A stretch of DNA of 64,000 nt from Burkholderiales bacterium (GTDB lineage: Bacteria > Pseudomonadota > Gammaproteobacteria > Burkholderiales > SG8-41), in the NCBI GenBank assembly GCA_035259205.1, contig DATFWO010000036.1, positions 11,018 through 75,017 on the forward strand, in the 5' to 3' direction. The position numbers were made by a program, and so were the translations under genes. Shown here in pieces: positions 1 through 10,994 of the stretch (its first letter is position 1; every line of letters begins with the position of its first letter). The notes under the pieces are model-generated. The model worked only from the letters and a program-made list of their open reading frames with translations, was not told the origin of the DNA and made no database searches.

Positions 1-1253
1 AGACGCCCGAAGTCGAAGACTGGAACGCGAAGTTTCAGGGGACATACGTTTTTCAGTCCAAGGCCCCGTTCACCGCCGCCTATACGGGACCGCACAGCCT
101 TTCTCCGGAACACGAAAGAAGCTATTCGTACACCATAACGGCCTTTCTCGGCGTGCGCCCGTGGACCGGCGGAGAGCTGTATTTCGACCCCGAGGTGGCG
201 TTGGGCGTACCGCTCTCCAACCTGACCGGTCTGGGCGGCTTCACCAACGGCGAAATCGCGCGCACCTCGGGGCGCAATCCCAAGCTTTACCGGGCGCGGC
301 TGTTCCTGCGCCAGACCTGGGGCTTCGGCGGCGGGACGGAAGCGGTCGAGTCCGACGCCAATCAGCTTGCCGGCACCGTCGACAAGCGCCGGCTGGTGCT
401 GACCGCCGGCAATCTTTCGGTCACCGACATCTTCGACGACAACGCGTACAACCACGATCCCCGCACGCAGTTCCTGAACTGGTCGCTGATGAACCACGGC
501 GCCTACGATTTCGCCGCCGACGCGCGCGGCTACACCTGGGGGTTCGCACTGGAGTATTTTTACGACGACTGGGCGATACGGGCGGGCCGGTTCATTCAAC
601 CGCGAGAGCCGAATCAGCTGCGCCTCGACCCGGCGATCTTCCGGCACTACGGCGACCAGCTCGAGCTGGAACACGACCATGTGCTGGGCGGGCAGCAGGG
701 CAAGATCCGGCTGCTCGCATTTCGTAACCGAGCGAAAATGTCCCGCTACCAGGACGCCCTGGCTTTCGCCGCGCTGACCGGCGCCACGCCCGATATCAAC
801 GCCGTGAGATTCACCGAACAAATCAAGTACGGATTCGGCATCAACATCGAGCAGGCAGTGACTCCCGATGCCGGCGTATTTGCCCGCGCCAACTGGGCCG
901 ACGGCAAGACCGAAACCTATGCATACACCGAAGTGGATCGTTCCATATCGGGTGGCGTCCTGATCAAGGGAGACGCCTGGGGGCGCGGTCGCGACAGCCT
1001 CGGGATTGCCGTCGTACGGAACGAGCTCTCGAGCCCCCACCGGGACTATCTGGCCGCTGGAGGTCTGGGGTTCTTCATCGGGGACGGTCGCCTCAACTAC
1101 CGGTCCGAACGCATATTGGAGGCGTTCTACAGCCTGCAGATAGTGAAAGGGGCGTGGGTATCCGCCGACTACCAGCGGATCGCCAATCCGGCGTACAACG
1201 CGGACCGGGGGCCGGTTTCGGTGGCTACGCTACGCCTGCACGCCGAGTATTAA
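1..1253 (+). CDS. carbohydrate-selective porin, OprB family (5' end cut by window edge)
   Basis: Frame 3 is open from nt 3 (TPEVEDWNAKFQGTYVFQSKAPF...) into listed ORF 153..1253. Porin-like alternating pattern, YDFAADARGYTWG, and aromatic C-terminus ...LRLHAEY. Confidence 0.75.
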   Translation, partial: TPEVEDWNAKFQGTYVFQSKAPFTAAYTGPHSLSPEHERSYSYTITAFLGVRPWTGGELYFDPEVALGVPLSNLTGLGGFTNGEIARTSGRNPKLYRARLFLRQTWGFGGGTEAVESDANQLAGTVDKRRLVLTAGNLSVTDIFDDNAYNHDPRTQFLNWSLMNHGAYDFAADARGYTWGFALEYFYDDWAIRAGRFIQPREPNQLRLDPAIFRHYGDQLELEHDHVLGGQQGKIRLLAFRNRAKMSRYQDALAFAALTGATPDINAVRFTEQIKYGFGINIEQAVTPDAGVFARANWADGKTETYAYTEVDRSISGGVLIKGDAWGRGRDSLGIAVVRNELSSPHRDYLAAGGLGFFIGDGRLNYRSERILEAFYSLQIVKGAWVSADYQRIANPAYNADRGPVSVATLRLHAEY

Positions 1254-1262
1254 GGACACGGT

Positions 1263-1272
1263 CTAGGTTCTA
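1263..1272 (-). repeat. TAGAACC-TAG heptamer doublet (family J)
   Basis: CTAGGTTCTA. On the RidA strand it reads TAGAACC TAGACCG starting at the RidA stop codon. Confidence 0.6.
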
Positions 1273-1710
1273 CTGTTTCGGTCGCCGGAAGCGCTCCACC
1301 TCCATCATCGCTTCGCATTCGATTTCGACCAGCATTTCCGGCATCGCGAGCGTCTTCACGCCGATCAGCGTGCTCGTCGGCAACGGCTCCTTGAAGAACT
1401 TCCAGCGCTCGTCGATCGCGTCGAAATAGGCCTTCATGTCGGTGGTGTAGGTGACGGTGCGCGTGATGTCGGAGAAGCTCGCCCCGACCGACTCCAGCGC
1501 CACCTGGATCGCGATGCACACTTCGCGGATCTGCCCGCGCATGTCGCCCACGCACGCGACGTCGCCGCTCAGCGTGCGGGAAGTACGGCCTGCAAGGTAG
1601 ATCTGGACGTGGCTGCCGGTCTCCACCGCGATGACCGGGGTGTAGATGACCTTCCTGTTGCCTCCGACCTTGTAGGTTCCTTCAGGCGTGATGTAGTGGC
1701 GCTTCAACAT
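1270..1710 (-). CDS. RidA/YjgF/L-PSP family protein
   Basis: Start trimmed to ATG 1710 (MLKRHYITPEG...). RidA-like core ...IYLAGRTS...GDMRGQIREV...SFSDITRTVTYTTDM...PTSTLIGVKTLAMPEMLVEIE. Confidence 0.8.
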   Translation of the reverse strand: MLKRHYITPEGTYKVGGNRKVIYTPVIAVETGSHVQIYLAGRTSRTLSGDVACVGDMRGQIREVCIAIQVALESVGASFSDITRTVTYTTDMKAYFDAIDERWKFFKEPLPTSTLIGVKTLAMPEMLVEIECEAMMEVERFRRPKQ

Positions 1711-1794
1711 TTCCGGCTCCTGTCGTTCGCTGCGTTGTTGTCTGGAGCTTCGATTGTCGGCGGGCACTGGCGCAAGCGTCAAGCCGAACGACCG

Positions 1795-3054
1795 CTATCG
1801 AAAGAACGATCTCGATGCGATGCGCGCCTCGATGTCGGCCATGACCTTGTTGTAGGCCGGCGCGCCGATGCCACCGTAGCGCCTCTTGAACTCGGCTTCC
1901 TGCATGAACTCCGGCAGATCGGAGACATCGGGCATGAAATCGCGCTCCTTCGCACCCGCCGCCAGCATCGCCTGCAGCTTCCGCGGCTGCTGTACCGCGA
2001 GCACGCCGAAGCGCGTGCCGGCGCGGTCCGCCGCGATGTCGTTGAAGCTGAATCCGCTGCCGCCGCGCGAGTCGTCCACTTCCTTGTAGAGTCCGATCGC
2101 ATCCGCCAGCGGACTGCCGGCCTCGGCAGCGATCGCAGCCGAGACCAGGAAATGCTGCGGAGAATCGTCGCGCCCGTTGAGCGTGACAGTGCGCCGCCCC
2201 GGCCTGCGCCACGCCTTCGCTGCCGGAATGATCGCCGACAACCCGCGTCCGTTCGAGTAGAACGCCAGGGTAACGATGGCGGCGCGGTTCTCCCTGGCGG
2301 CATCATTGCCTGCGGAGCGCTGCCGAGCCAGCTCGAACATCGGCGGCAGGAGTTGCGACAGCGAGATCGATCGCGATGCTGCCGCCTGATCGACGACCGC
2401 GACCAGTCGATCGGAATACACTCTGAGGCGATCCTGGTCCGCTTGCGGCAACAGCACCGCTCGCACCCGCTCGGGGATATCGTCGCGCCACTCGTAGACC
2501 ACGTGTACGCCCGACTCCGAGAACTTCACGCTCTTCACCACATCGTTCGCGAGCTTGCCCTCGGCAGTAGTGTTGAGATGCGCTACCAGCGCGCCGAGCG
2601 CACGATCGGCGATGTAGCCGGGCACCTGCAGGCTGCCTATCCTCAGATGATCGAAGCCGGGAAGGCCCCCTGTCTCGCGGAGCGCCGCGTCGACGTTGAG
2701 CCACGGGCCGAATGGATTGTGCCGGATCTCAAGGCTCCCCTGTACCGTCGCAACGCCGGGGTGCATTACGACGCGCGTCGATGCCTGGCGAAACTGATTG
2801 GCGGCGTAGTTGAGCGCGAGATCCACGTCCTGCTGCGAGGCGACGATGGTGCGCAGCGTGCCCGCTCTTGCCTTGCGCGGGTCGTGCTTTTCGAGGATAC
2901 GCTTCGCCCGCTCGATGTCGTCCGGTGAAATCTGGGCCCTGCGCGCGACGAGCGGCGCGTTCTGGAAGCACATCCAGACTGCGATGACTGCGCCAATCGG
3001 AAGCGCGATCACGACGAGCAGCAGGATCTTGAGCAGAAGTCTAATGGTGGGCAC
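1795..3054 (-). CDS. hypothetical membrane-anchored protein
   Basis: 419-codon ORF with GTG start and an N-terminal TM helix (LLLKILLLVVIALPIGAVIAVW). No family recognised. The antisense ORFs here look like GC shadows. Confidence 0.55.
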   Translation of the reverse strand: MPTIRLLLKILLLVVIALPIGAVIAVWMCFQNAPLVARRAQISPDDIERAKRILEKHDPRKARAGTLRTIVASQQDVDLALNYAANQFRQASTRVVMHPGVATVQGSLEIRHNPFGPWLNVDAALRETGGLPGFDHLRIGSLQVPGYIADRALGALVAHLNTTAEGKLANDVVKSVKFSESGVHVVYEWRDDIPERVRAVLLPQADQDRLRVYSDRLVAVVDQAAASRSISLSQLLPPMFELARQRSAGNDAARENRAAIVTLAFYSNGRGLSAIIPAAKAWRRPGRRTVTLNGRDDSPQHFLVSAAIAAEAGSPLADAIGLYKEVDDSRGGSGFSFNDIAADRAGTRFGVLAVQQPRKLQAMLAAGAKERDFMPDVSDLPEFMQEAEFKRRYGGIGAPAYNKVMADIEARIASRSFFR

Positions 3055-3361
3055 CCGAGCGCGGGCCGGCGCACGAGGTGCATCTTACCGCGGGGATCGT
3101 AGCCGGGAAGCGCAGTTCCGGGCGCCACCTATTGGAACCGTCACATAAGCATCATCCAACATTGATCATGCAATTGGCGCCGTGCCTTTGCCCCGCTGGT
3201 CCAAGGCGAGCTCTCCGCATACAATGTCTACTTTGGCAGAGGCCCGGTCATCAGCACTGCGGCAAGCCTGCATTCTGAACTTCGCCGCGCCGATGGCGTC
3301 GTAAACTCCGAGCCCGCTGCACCGGCTACATCGACCGAAAACCACCGATGACGAGGCGGCC

Positions 3362-4225
3362 ATGCGACTGGAAGACGAACGACTGAGCAGCAACGTGGAA
3401 GACCGGCGCGGCTCCAGCTCCGGTATGGCGATAGGCGGGCGCGGCATGAGCGTGGGCGCGGTCGTGCTGGTGCTCGTTGCATCCTATTTCCTAGGGGTCG
3501 ATCCCAGCGTTTTCCTGGGAGGAGGCTCCCAAATGTCGCAGGCGCCCGTGGACTCCGGCCCCGCGCCGCAACCGCCGCAGAACGACGAGCTGGGGGTGTT
3601 CGTGTCACGAGTGCTGGCATCGACCGAGGACACGTGGGGCCAGGTTTTCAGCCAAGGCGGCAAGCAGTATTCGCCCCCCAAGCTCGTTCTGTTTACCGGC
3701 TCCTACCCGACGGCCTGCGGCATGGGCAATGCGGCGGCCGGACCGTTCTATTGTCCCGAGGACCGTAAGGTCTATATCGATCTGCGCTTTTATCAGTTGA
3801 TGCGCGACCGTTTTCACGCGTCCGGAGATTTCGCGCAGGCGTACGTGATTGCGCATGAAGTCGGCCATCACGTCCAGAACTTGCTGGGCGTGATGGACCA
3901 GACGCAGGCCCGGCGCAGCCGCGCGTCCAAAGAAGAGAGCAACGCGATCTCGGTGCGGGTGGAGCTGCAGGCCGATTGTCTTGCGGGCGTATGGGCGAAT
4001 CGCGCCAATCGCACCAAGCCCATCCTCGAGCCCGGCGATGTGGAGGAGGCCGTCACGGCGGCCACCGCCATCGGCGACGACACGCTCCAGAAGCAGGCGC
4101 AGGGGCATGCGGTGCCCGATTCCTTCACGCACGGCACCTCGGCGCAGCGCGTGCGCTGGCTGCGTCAAGGCCTGGAAACCGGCGACGTGAACTCGTGCGA
4201 CACCTTCAGAGCGCGACAACTCTAG
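3362..4225 (+). CDS. ypfJ: YpfJ-family neutral zinc metallopeptidase
   Basis: N-terminus MRLEDERLSSNVEDRRG, one TM segment, HExxH (AHEVGHHVQN), ELQADCLAGVWA. Confidence 0.85.
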   Translation: MRLEDERLSSNVEDRRGSSSGMAIGGRGMSVGAVVLVLVASYFLGVDPSVFLGGGSQMSQAPVDSGPAPQPPQNDELGVFVSRVLASTEDTWGQVFSQGGKQYSPPKLVLFTGSYPTACGMGNAAAGPFYCPEDRKVYIDLRFYQLMRDRFHASGDFAQAYVIAHEVGHHVQNLLGVMDQTQARRSRASKEESNAISVRVELQADCLAGVWANRANRTKPILEPGDVEEAVTAATAIGDDTLQKQAQGHAVPDSFTHGTSAQRVRWLRQGLETGDVNSCDTFRARQL

Positions 4226-4286
4226 GGCAGCCCTGAGTAGGACCGCTCCCGATCCCGCTCTCGGCGGAAAACCTTTCGGCACGTTG

Positions 4287-4907
4287 CTAGGTAAAATCCA
4301 GGCGCGCGTCGCGCAGCACTCCGAACAGCTGGATTGGCTCGCGACGCGGCATTTCGAGCGGCGGCAGCTTCTCGGCTTCGAGTGGGAAGCCCAAGCTCGC
4401 AAGCGCGTCCATGACCGATTTCGAGAGCACGTACTCACCGGCGCGGGCGCGGTGCAGCAGACGCTCGGCGATGCTCACGCTGTCGCCGATGATGACCGGC
4501 TGCCCCTGCATGATGCCGCCAGCGGAGCCGACCACCGCCTCACCGGCGTGCAATCCCATCGCCACCGCCGCGCGGATGCCGTAGCTGTGCTCCAGGGCCT
4601 CCTCGAAGCGGACGAACTCGCGCTGGATCTCCTGTGCCGCCGTCACCGCACGCTTTGCGCTGTCGTCCCCGGCAAAGGATGCCGCCATCGTATCGTTGAG
4701 CACGTTGCGCATACGGCCTTCCTGCCGGTCGACGGCGGCCCAAACCAGGGCAAAGAATTCGGAGACGCGCTCCAGCACCACTGAGGGTTCGAGTATCTCG
4801 GACGTGCGTGTGAATCCACGCGTCTCGGCGAACAGTATGACTACCCTCTTGCGCTCGGGCACAGCCAAGTCTGTTTTCGGCACGGCCACTTTAGAGCCCT
4901 CCAGCAT
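4287..4907 (-). CDS. adenylate/guanylate cyclase (class III) domain protein
   Basis: VVILFAETRGFTRTSE ... GLHAGEAVVGSAG ... GDSVSIAERL matches the class III cyclase catalytic core. Stand-alone 206 aa. Confidence 0.7.
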   Translation of the reverse strand: MLEGSKVAVPKTDLAVPERKRVVILFAETRGFTRTSEILEPSVVLERVSEFFALVWAAVDRQEGRMRNVLNDTMAASFAGDDSAKRAVTAAQEIQREFVRFEEALEHSYGIRAAVAMGLHAGEAVVGSAGGIMQGQPVIIGDSVSIAERLLHRARAGEYVLSKSVMDALASLGFPLEAEKLPPLEMPRREPIQLFGVLRDARLDFT

Positions 4908-5014
4908 TCTTGTTGTCGGTCCGCTGCCACGCCCACTTTCCTCCCGGGCGCACAGTCAGCAATGAATAGTATAGATCGGATGGGATCCTGTTTTCGTTAT
5001 CGAGACAGGTAATA

Positions 5015-6855
<1,841 letters not shown>

Positions 6856-6859
<4 letters not shown>

Positions 6860-7833
6860 GAGGGCATGCGCACCACGACCTTGCCGAGCTGGGCGTTGGT
6901 CTCGACGTAGGTCTTCGCTGCCGGCAGCTCGTCGAATGGAAACACCCGATCCACCAGGGGTGTAATGCGCCCCTCCGCGAAGCCGGGGAGCAGGTCGCGC
7001 ACGAAATTCCGCATCGCCTCCGCGCGCCCGGCAGCGGAGAACATCGCGTTGGATACCCCATAGATCTGGAGCCGCTTGGTGTGCACGGCTTGCAGGTCGA
7101 CCTCGGCCGTGAACTTGTCGTCGACGTAGCCGCAAATGGCCAACCGTCCCTGGTTGGCGAGCGAGCGCAGGCAATCGGGAAAGACGCTGGCTCCGATCAG
7201 ATTGGCCGCGAGATTGACCCCCTTGCCGCCCGTCGCCTCGAGCACCTTGTCCGCGAAGCCGCCGCCGTTCGTCTCGATGCCGACGTCGAGACCAACACTC
7301 TTCAGCTTCTGCAGCTTTTCGGCGGAACGTGAGGTTCCGATCACCCTGACTCCGATGTATTTGCCCGCCTGCACGCACATGACGCCGACTCCGGAGGCTG
7401 CGCCCGCGACGAGCAGCGTTTCCCCCGCCTTGAGCCTTCCATAGCTGCAGAGGATTTCGTAGGCGGTGACGGATACGATCGGCACCGCGGCTGCCTGCTC
7501 CCAGGTGAGCCGCTCCGGAACGAGCGCCGCCTGGTCCGCGGACATCGCCACGAACTCCGCAAACGAGCCGCGCGCGCGCCCGAGGACGCGCTCCCCGGGA
7601 CGGAACGCGGTGACGCCTTCACCGATCGCATGCACTTCCCCGGCGCAGTCGGCGCCCGCAGGGTGCGGCACGTCCGCGCTGTGCAGGCTGATACTCGCGA
7701 GGATTTCCCCGCGGTTGAGCGAGGCGGCGCGCACGCGCACCAGGATCTCGCCGCGCTTCGGTTGCGGCATCGGCGCCTGGCGCGACTCGAACACCGTTTT
7801 TCCGTTCACGGACTTGATGTAGCAGCACTTCAT
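6856..7833 (-). CDS. NADPH:quinone oxidoreductase / MDR zinc-type alcohol dehydrogenase family
   Basis: Start trimmed to ATG 7833 (MKCCYIKSVNGK...). GEILVRVRAASLNRGE and the nucleotide-binding stretch LVAGAASGVGVMCVQ. Confidence 0.85.
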
Positions 7834-7970
7834 ATCGGCGGATAAGGTTGTAAGTGATCGGTGTAGTTTCGCCAGGCGGCTATCGTAGACTGTAGCGCCA
7901 CCATCGGCAACGCGAATCCTGTGCCATCCGGTAAACTCGGATAAGCCCGAGCTATCCGCAGCCTGCTCAT

Positions 7971-9353
7971 ATGGGAAAAGACATGAATGCCTCGCGCGCC
8001 GGGATTTCTCCGGAAATGCGGAAACTGAGTGCCTGGATCGCAGGGGCCATCGGGAAGCCCCTGCCTCCGCAGATCCTGGAGCGCGCGAAAGTGCACCTCG
8101 TCGATACCTTCGCCGCAATGGTTTCCGGCTCGCGCCTGCTCCCGGGCAGGAAAGCCATAGCCTACGTGAAAGCACGCGGCGGCAATCCCGAGGCGAGCGT
8201 CATCGGCACCCGCATCCTCACTTCGATACCCAACGCGGTCCTCGCCAATGCCATGCTGGCGCACGCCGATGAGACCGACGACACCCATCCGCCTTCGCGC
8301 ACCCACCCGGGCTCCGGCGTAATCCCGGCAGCACTCGCCATCGCCGAGCGTGACAGGCTGCCGGGGCAAGCCGTGCTGCGTGCGATCGTGCTGGGGTACG
8401 ACGTCTGCGCACGCATGCTGCTCGCCATCGACGAGTTGCATTTCCGGCGCACCGGGCATCACCCGAGCGCATTCGGACGTGTTTTCGGCGCGGCAGCCGC
8501 TGCGGGCGCGCTGCTCGGGCTGAACGCACGAGAGACGCGCTATTTGCTGTCCTATGCCTCGCAACAGGCGGCGGGCCTGTCTACCGTGTATCGGGACGCC
8601 CAGCACATAGAGAAAGCTTCCCTGTCGGGCATGCCGGCCCACAATGGCGTCGTGGCCGCGCTCATGGTGGCCGATGGCTTTACCGGGGTCGATGACGTGT
8701 TCTCGGGCGAGCGCAGTTTCTTCTATTCGTTCGCTCCCGAGGCTGACCGCAAGCAATTGACGCGAGGACTGGGCAGCGAGTTCGAGATCTTGCGCTGTGG
8801 CATCAAGCGCTGGTCGGCCGGAGGGCCGATCCAGGGTCCGCTGCACGTGCTGCGCGACCTGATGCACCAACACGCGTTCAAGCCCGCCGACGTCGAAAAG
8901 CTCGTCGCGCGGATGCCCGAAAAGGACCTCCACAGCGTCAACAACCGCGATATGCCCGACATCTGCGTTCAGCACCTGCTTGCTGTGATGCTGCTGGACG
9001 GCACGGTAACCTTCAAGTCGGCGCACGACTATGGCCGCATGAACAATCCGAAGGTCCTGGCACTGCGTCGGCGCGTGCAGGCAGTGGGCGACCCGGCGTT
9101 GAACGATGCGCTGCGCCGCTGGCGTTGCGTGATGGAAATCACCCTGAAAGACGGGCGCACGCTGACTCACCGGACGATGGCCGCCAAAGGCACCTCGGAG
9201 GATCCGCTGACGCCCGAGGAAGAGGAGGAAAAGGCGCTCGACCTGATCGTGCCGGTGCTGGGCAGGCGCCGCGCGCAGGCGCTGATGGCGGCGCTGTGGA
9301 ATTTCGAGCGTATCAAGGACGTCCGCTCGCTGCGCAGGCTCATCACGATCTGA
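7971..9353 (+). CDS. MmgE/PrpD family protein
   Basis: 460 aa; HLVDTFAAMVSGS, AHADETDDTH, GHHPSA motifs of the MmgE/PrpD fold. Followed by a Bug gene. Confidence 0.85.
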   Translation: MGKDMNASRAGISPEMRKLSAWIAGAIGKPLPPQILERAKVHLVDTFAAMVSGSRLLPGRKAIAYVKARGGNPEASVIGTRILTSIPNAVLANAMLAHADETDDTHPPSRTHPGSGVIPAALAIAERDRLPGQAVLRAIVLGYDVCARMLLAIDELHFRRTGHHPSAFGRVFGAAAAAGALLGLNARETRYLLSYASQQAAGLSTVYRDAQHIEKASLSGMPAHNGVVAALMVADGFTGVDDVFSGERSFFYSFAPEADRKQLTRGLGSEFEILRCGIKRWSAGGPIQGPLHVLRDLMHQHAFKPADVEKLVARMPEKDLHSVNNRDMPDICVQHLLAVMLLDGTVTFKSAHDYGRMNNPKVLALRRRVQAVGDPALNDALRRWRCVMEITLKDGRTLTHRTMAAKGTSEDPLTPEEEEEKALDLIVPVLGRRRAQALMAALWNFERIKDVRSLRRLITI

Positions 9354-9390
9354 CAGGATTACGTTTCCGGATAGAGCCGCCGGAGTAGCG

Positions 9391-10359
9391 ATGCAAAAAC
9401 GACGCCTCATTGCATGGATGTTCGCCGCAGGGACGGTCATTCCCGGTACGGATGCGGTCGTCGCCCAGAACTATCCGAGCAAGCCCGTGCGCATCGTGAC
9501 GGCGGCCGCCGGTGGCAGTCCCGATTTCGTGTCGCGCATGATCGCGCAGGGCATCTCCGGTCCGCTGGGCCAGCAGGTGATCGTGGACAACCGATCGAGC
9601 GGCATCATACCGGCCGAGATCGTGGCGAGGGCGCCGCCCGACGGCTACACGTTGCTGGTTACGAGCAACGTCCTGTGGATCGTGACCTTGATGCAGAAAA
9701 CGCCCTACGATCCGGTGAAGGATTTTTCACCGATCTCGCTAACGAACCAGGCGCCTGCCGTGCTCGTCGTGCATCCTTCCGTGCCGGCGAAATCCGTGAG
9801 AGAGCTGATCGCGCTCGCCAGAAGCAGGCCGGGCGAGCTCAACTATTCCTCGTCCACGAATGGAACGGCATCCCATCTCGCCGGGGAGTTGTTCAAGACG
9901 ATGGCCGGCGTCGACATCGTGCGCATTGCCTACAAGGGCGCGGGGCTCGCGATCAACGACCTCATCAGCGGGCAGGTGCAGCTCACCTTCGTAACGGCGA
10001 CATCGGTCATGCCGCACGTCAAGTCGGGGCGGTTGCGTGCGCTGGCGGTCACGAGCGCCAGGCCATTCGCGCTGTTTCCCGAGTTACCTACCGTGGCGGA
10101 CTCGGGTATCCCGGGGTACGAGGCCACATCGGTGGGTTGCGTGCTGGCGCCTGCGAGAACCTCCGAAGCCATCATCCAGCGCCTGCATCAGGAGATCGTA
10201 CGATTCCTCAGCACGAACGAGACCAGGGAAAAGTTTTTCAGTTCCGGCTCGGAAGTCGTTGGCGGTACCCCTGAGCATCTTGCCGCCGCGATGAAATCCG
10301 AAATGGCCAGGATGGACAAAGTCATCAGGAACGCCGGCATACTGGAGGCCAAGGACTAG
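9391..10359 (+). CDS. Bug/TctC family tripartite tricarboxylate transporter substrate-binding protein
   Basis: Signal peptide, YPSKPVRIVTAAAGGSPD, VIVDNRSSG, PDGYTLLV, IAYKGAG. Confidence 0.9.
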   Translation: MQKRRLIAWMFAAGTVIPGTDAVVAQNYPSKPVRIVTAAAGGSPDFVSRMIAQGISGPLGQQVIVDNRSSGIIPAEIVARAPPDGYTLLVTSNVLWIVTLMQKTPYDPVKDFSPISLTNQAPAVLVVHPSVPAKSVRELIALARSRPGELNYSSSTNGTASHLAGELFKTMAGVDIVRIAYKGAGLAINDLISGQVQLTFVTATSVMPHVKSGRLRALAVTSARPFALFPELPTVADSGIPGYEATSVGCVLAPARTSEAIIQRLHQEIVRFLSTNETREKFFSSGSEVVGGTPEHLAAAMKSEMARMDKVIRNAGILEAKD

Positions 10360-10365
10360 GTTCTA
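10356..10365 (-). repeat. TAGAACC-TAG heptamer doublet (family J)
   Basis: CTAGGTTCTA contains the Bug 9391 stop (TAG 10357..10359). On the minus strand it reads GAGTGAC GTAGAAC CTAGTCC after the pseudogene stop. Confidence 0.6.
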
Positions 10366-10367
10366 CG

Positions 10368-10955
10368 TCACTCCGGCTTGATACCCGCCGCCTTGATGAT
10401 TCTGCCCCACCTCTCCGTTTCGGTCTTGATGAGCCTGGCGAACTCTTCCGGCGTGCTCGTCGTGAGCTCGGCGCCATCCGCCTCGATACGCCTGCGCGTA
10501 TCGGGGGTATTGAGGCCTTTCGTCAACGCGGAATTGAGCCGTATGGAACGTGGATCATCCTGACCTTGGTCAGCGACTGGAACAGCTCTCCGGCCAGATG
10601 GGCGGGGCCGCCAGAGCCCGAGGATGAATAATTCAGCTTGCCGGGCCGCGATCGACACAGCGCGATGAATTCCGGCACCGTGCGCGCCGGAACGGCGGGA
10701 TGCAGGACCAGCACATACGAGGTGTATCCGACCAGGGTGATGGGGACGAAATCGCGCTGGACGTCGTACGGCAGCGACGTGTAGACAGCCGGGGCCGTGA
10801 TCATGACGGTGCTGCCCGCCATCAGGAGCGTATGACCGTCCGGCGGGGAATGCGCGACGATCTCGGCGCCGATCCTGCCCGCAGCGCCGCCTCGATTGTC
10901 GACGATCGCCTGCTGCTTGAACGCCTCCGTCAACTTCTGCGCGATGAGACGATAT
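10368..10955 (-). pseudogene. decayed Bug/TctC paralogue (5'-truncated, frameshifted, internally deleted)
   Basis: Fragments ..IAQKLTEAFKQQAIVDNRGGAAG..PDGHTLLM..HVPY (frame of ORF 10523..10933) and ..STPEEFARLIKTETERWGRIIKAAGIKPE (ORF 10368..). There is an in-frame TGA upstream and no signal peptide. About 100 central residues are missing. Confidence 0.7.
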
Positions 10956-10994
10956 CAGGGGGAACGTCCTGGCTAGAGGCCGGAGCGGCTCCAT

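Noticed and set aside
1609-2928. 439-aa plus-strand ORF antisense to 1795..3054
   Set aside because: The product is Arg-rich and low-complexity, and the opposite strand encodes a protein with a credible TM anchor and balanced composition. The call on the real gene is itself only moderate confidence.
6860-7378. 173-codon N-terminal extension of RecQ in the ORF track
   Set aside because: The extension overlaps the 3' part of the oxidoreductase gene in another frame and is Arg-rich. ATG 6859 gives a normal-length RecQ with an ATGA stop/start overlap.
7830-9440. 536-aa minus-strand ORF covering the whole MmgE/PrpD gene
   Set aside because: It is antisense to a gene with clear family motifs, and its product is Arg/Ala/Gly-rich with no recognisable domain. 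This is a typical GC-driven shadow ORF.
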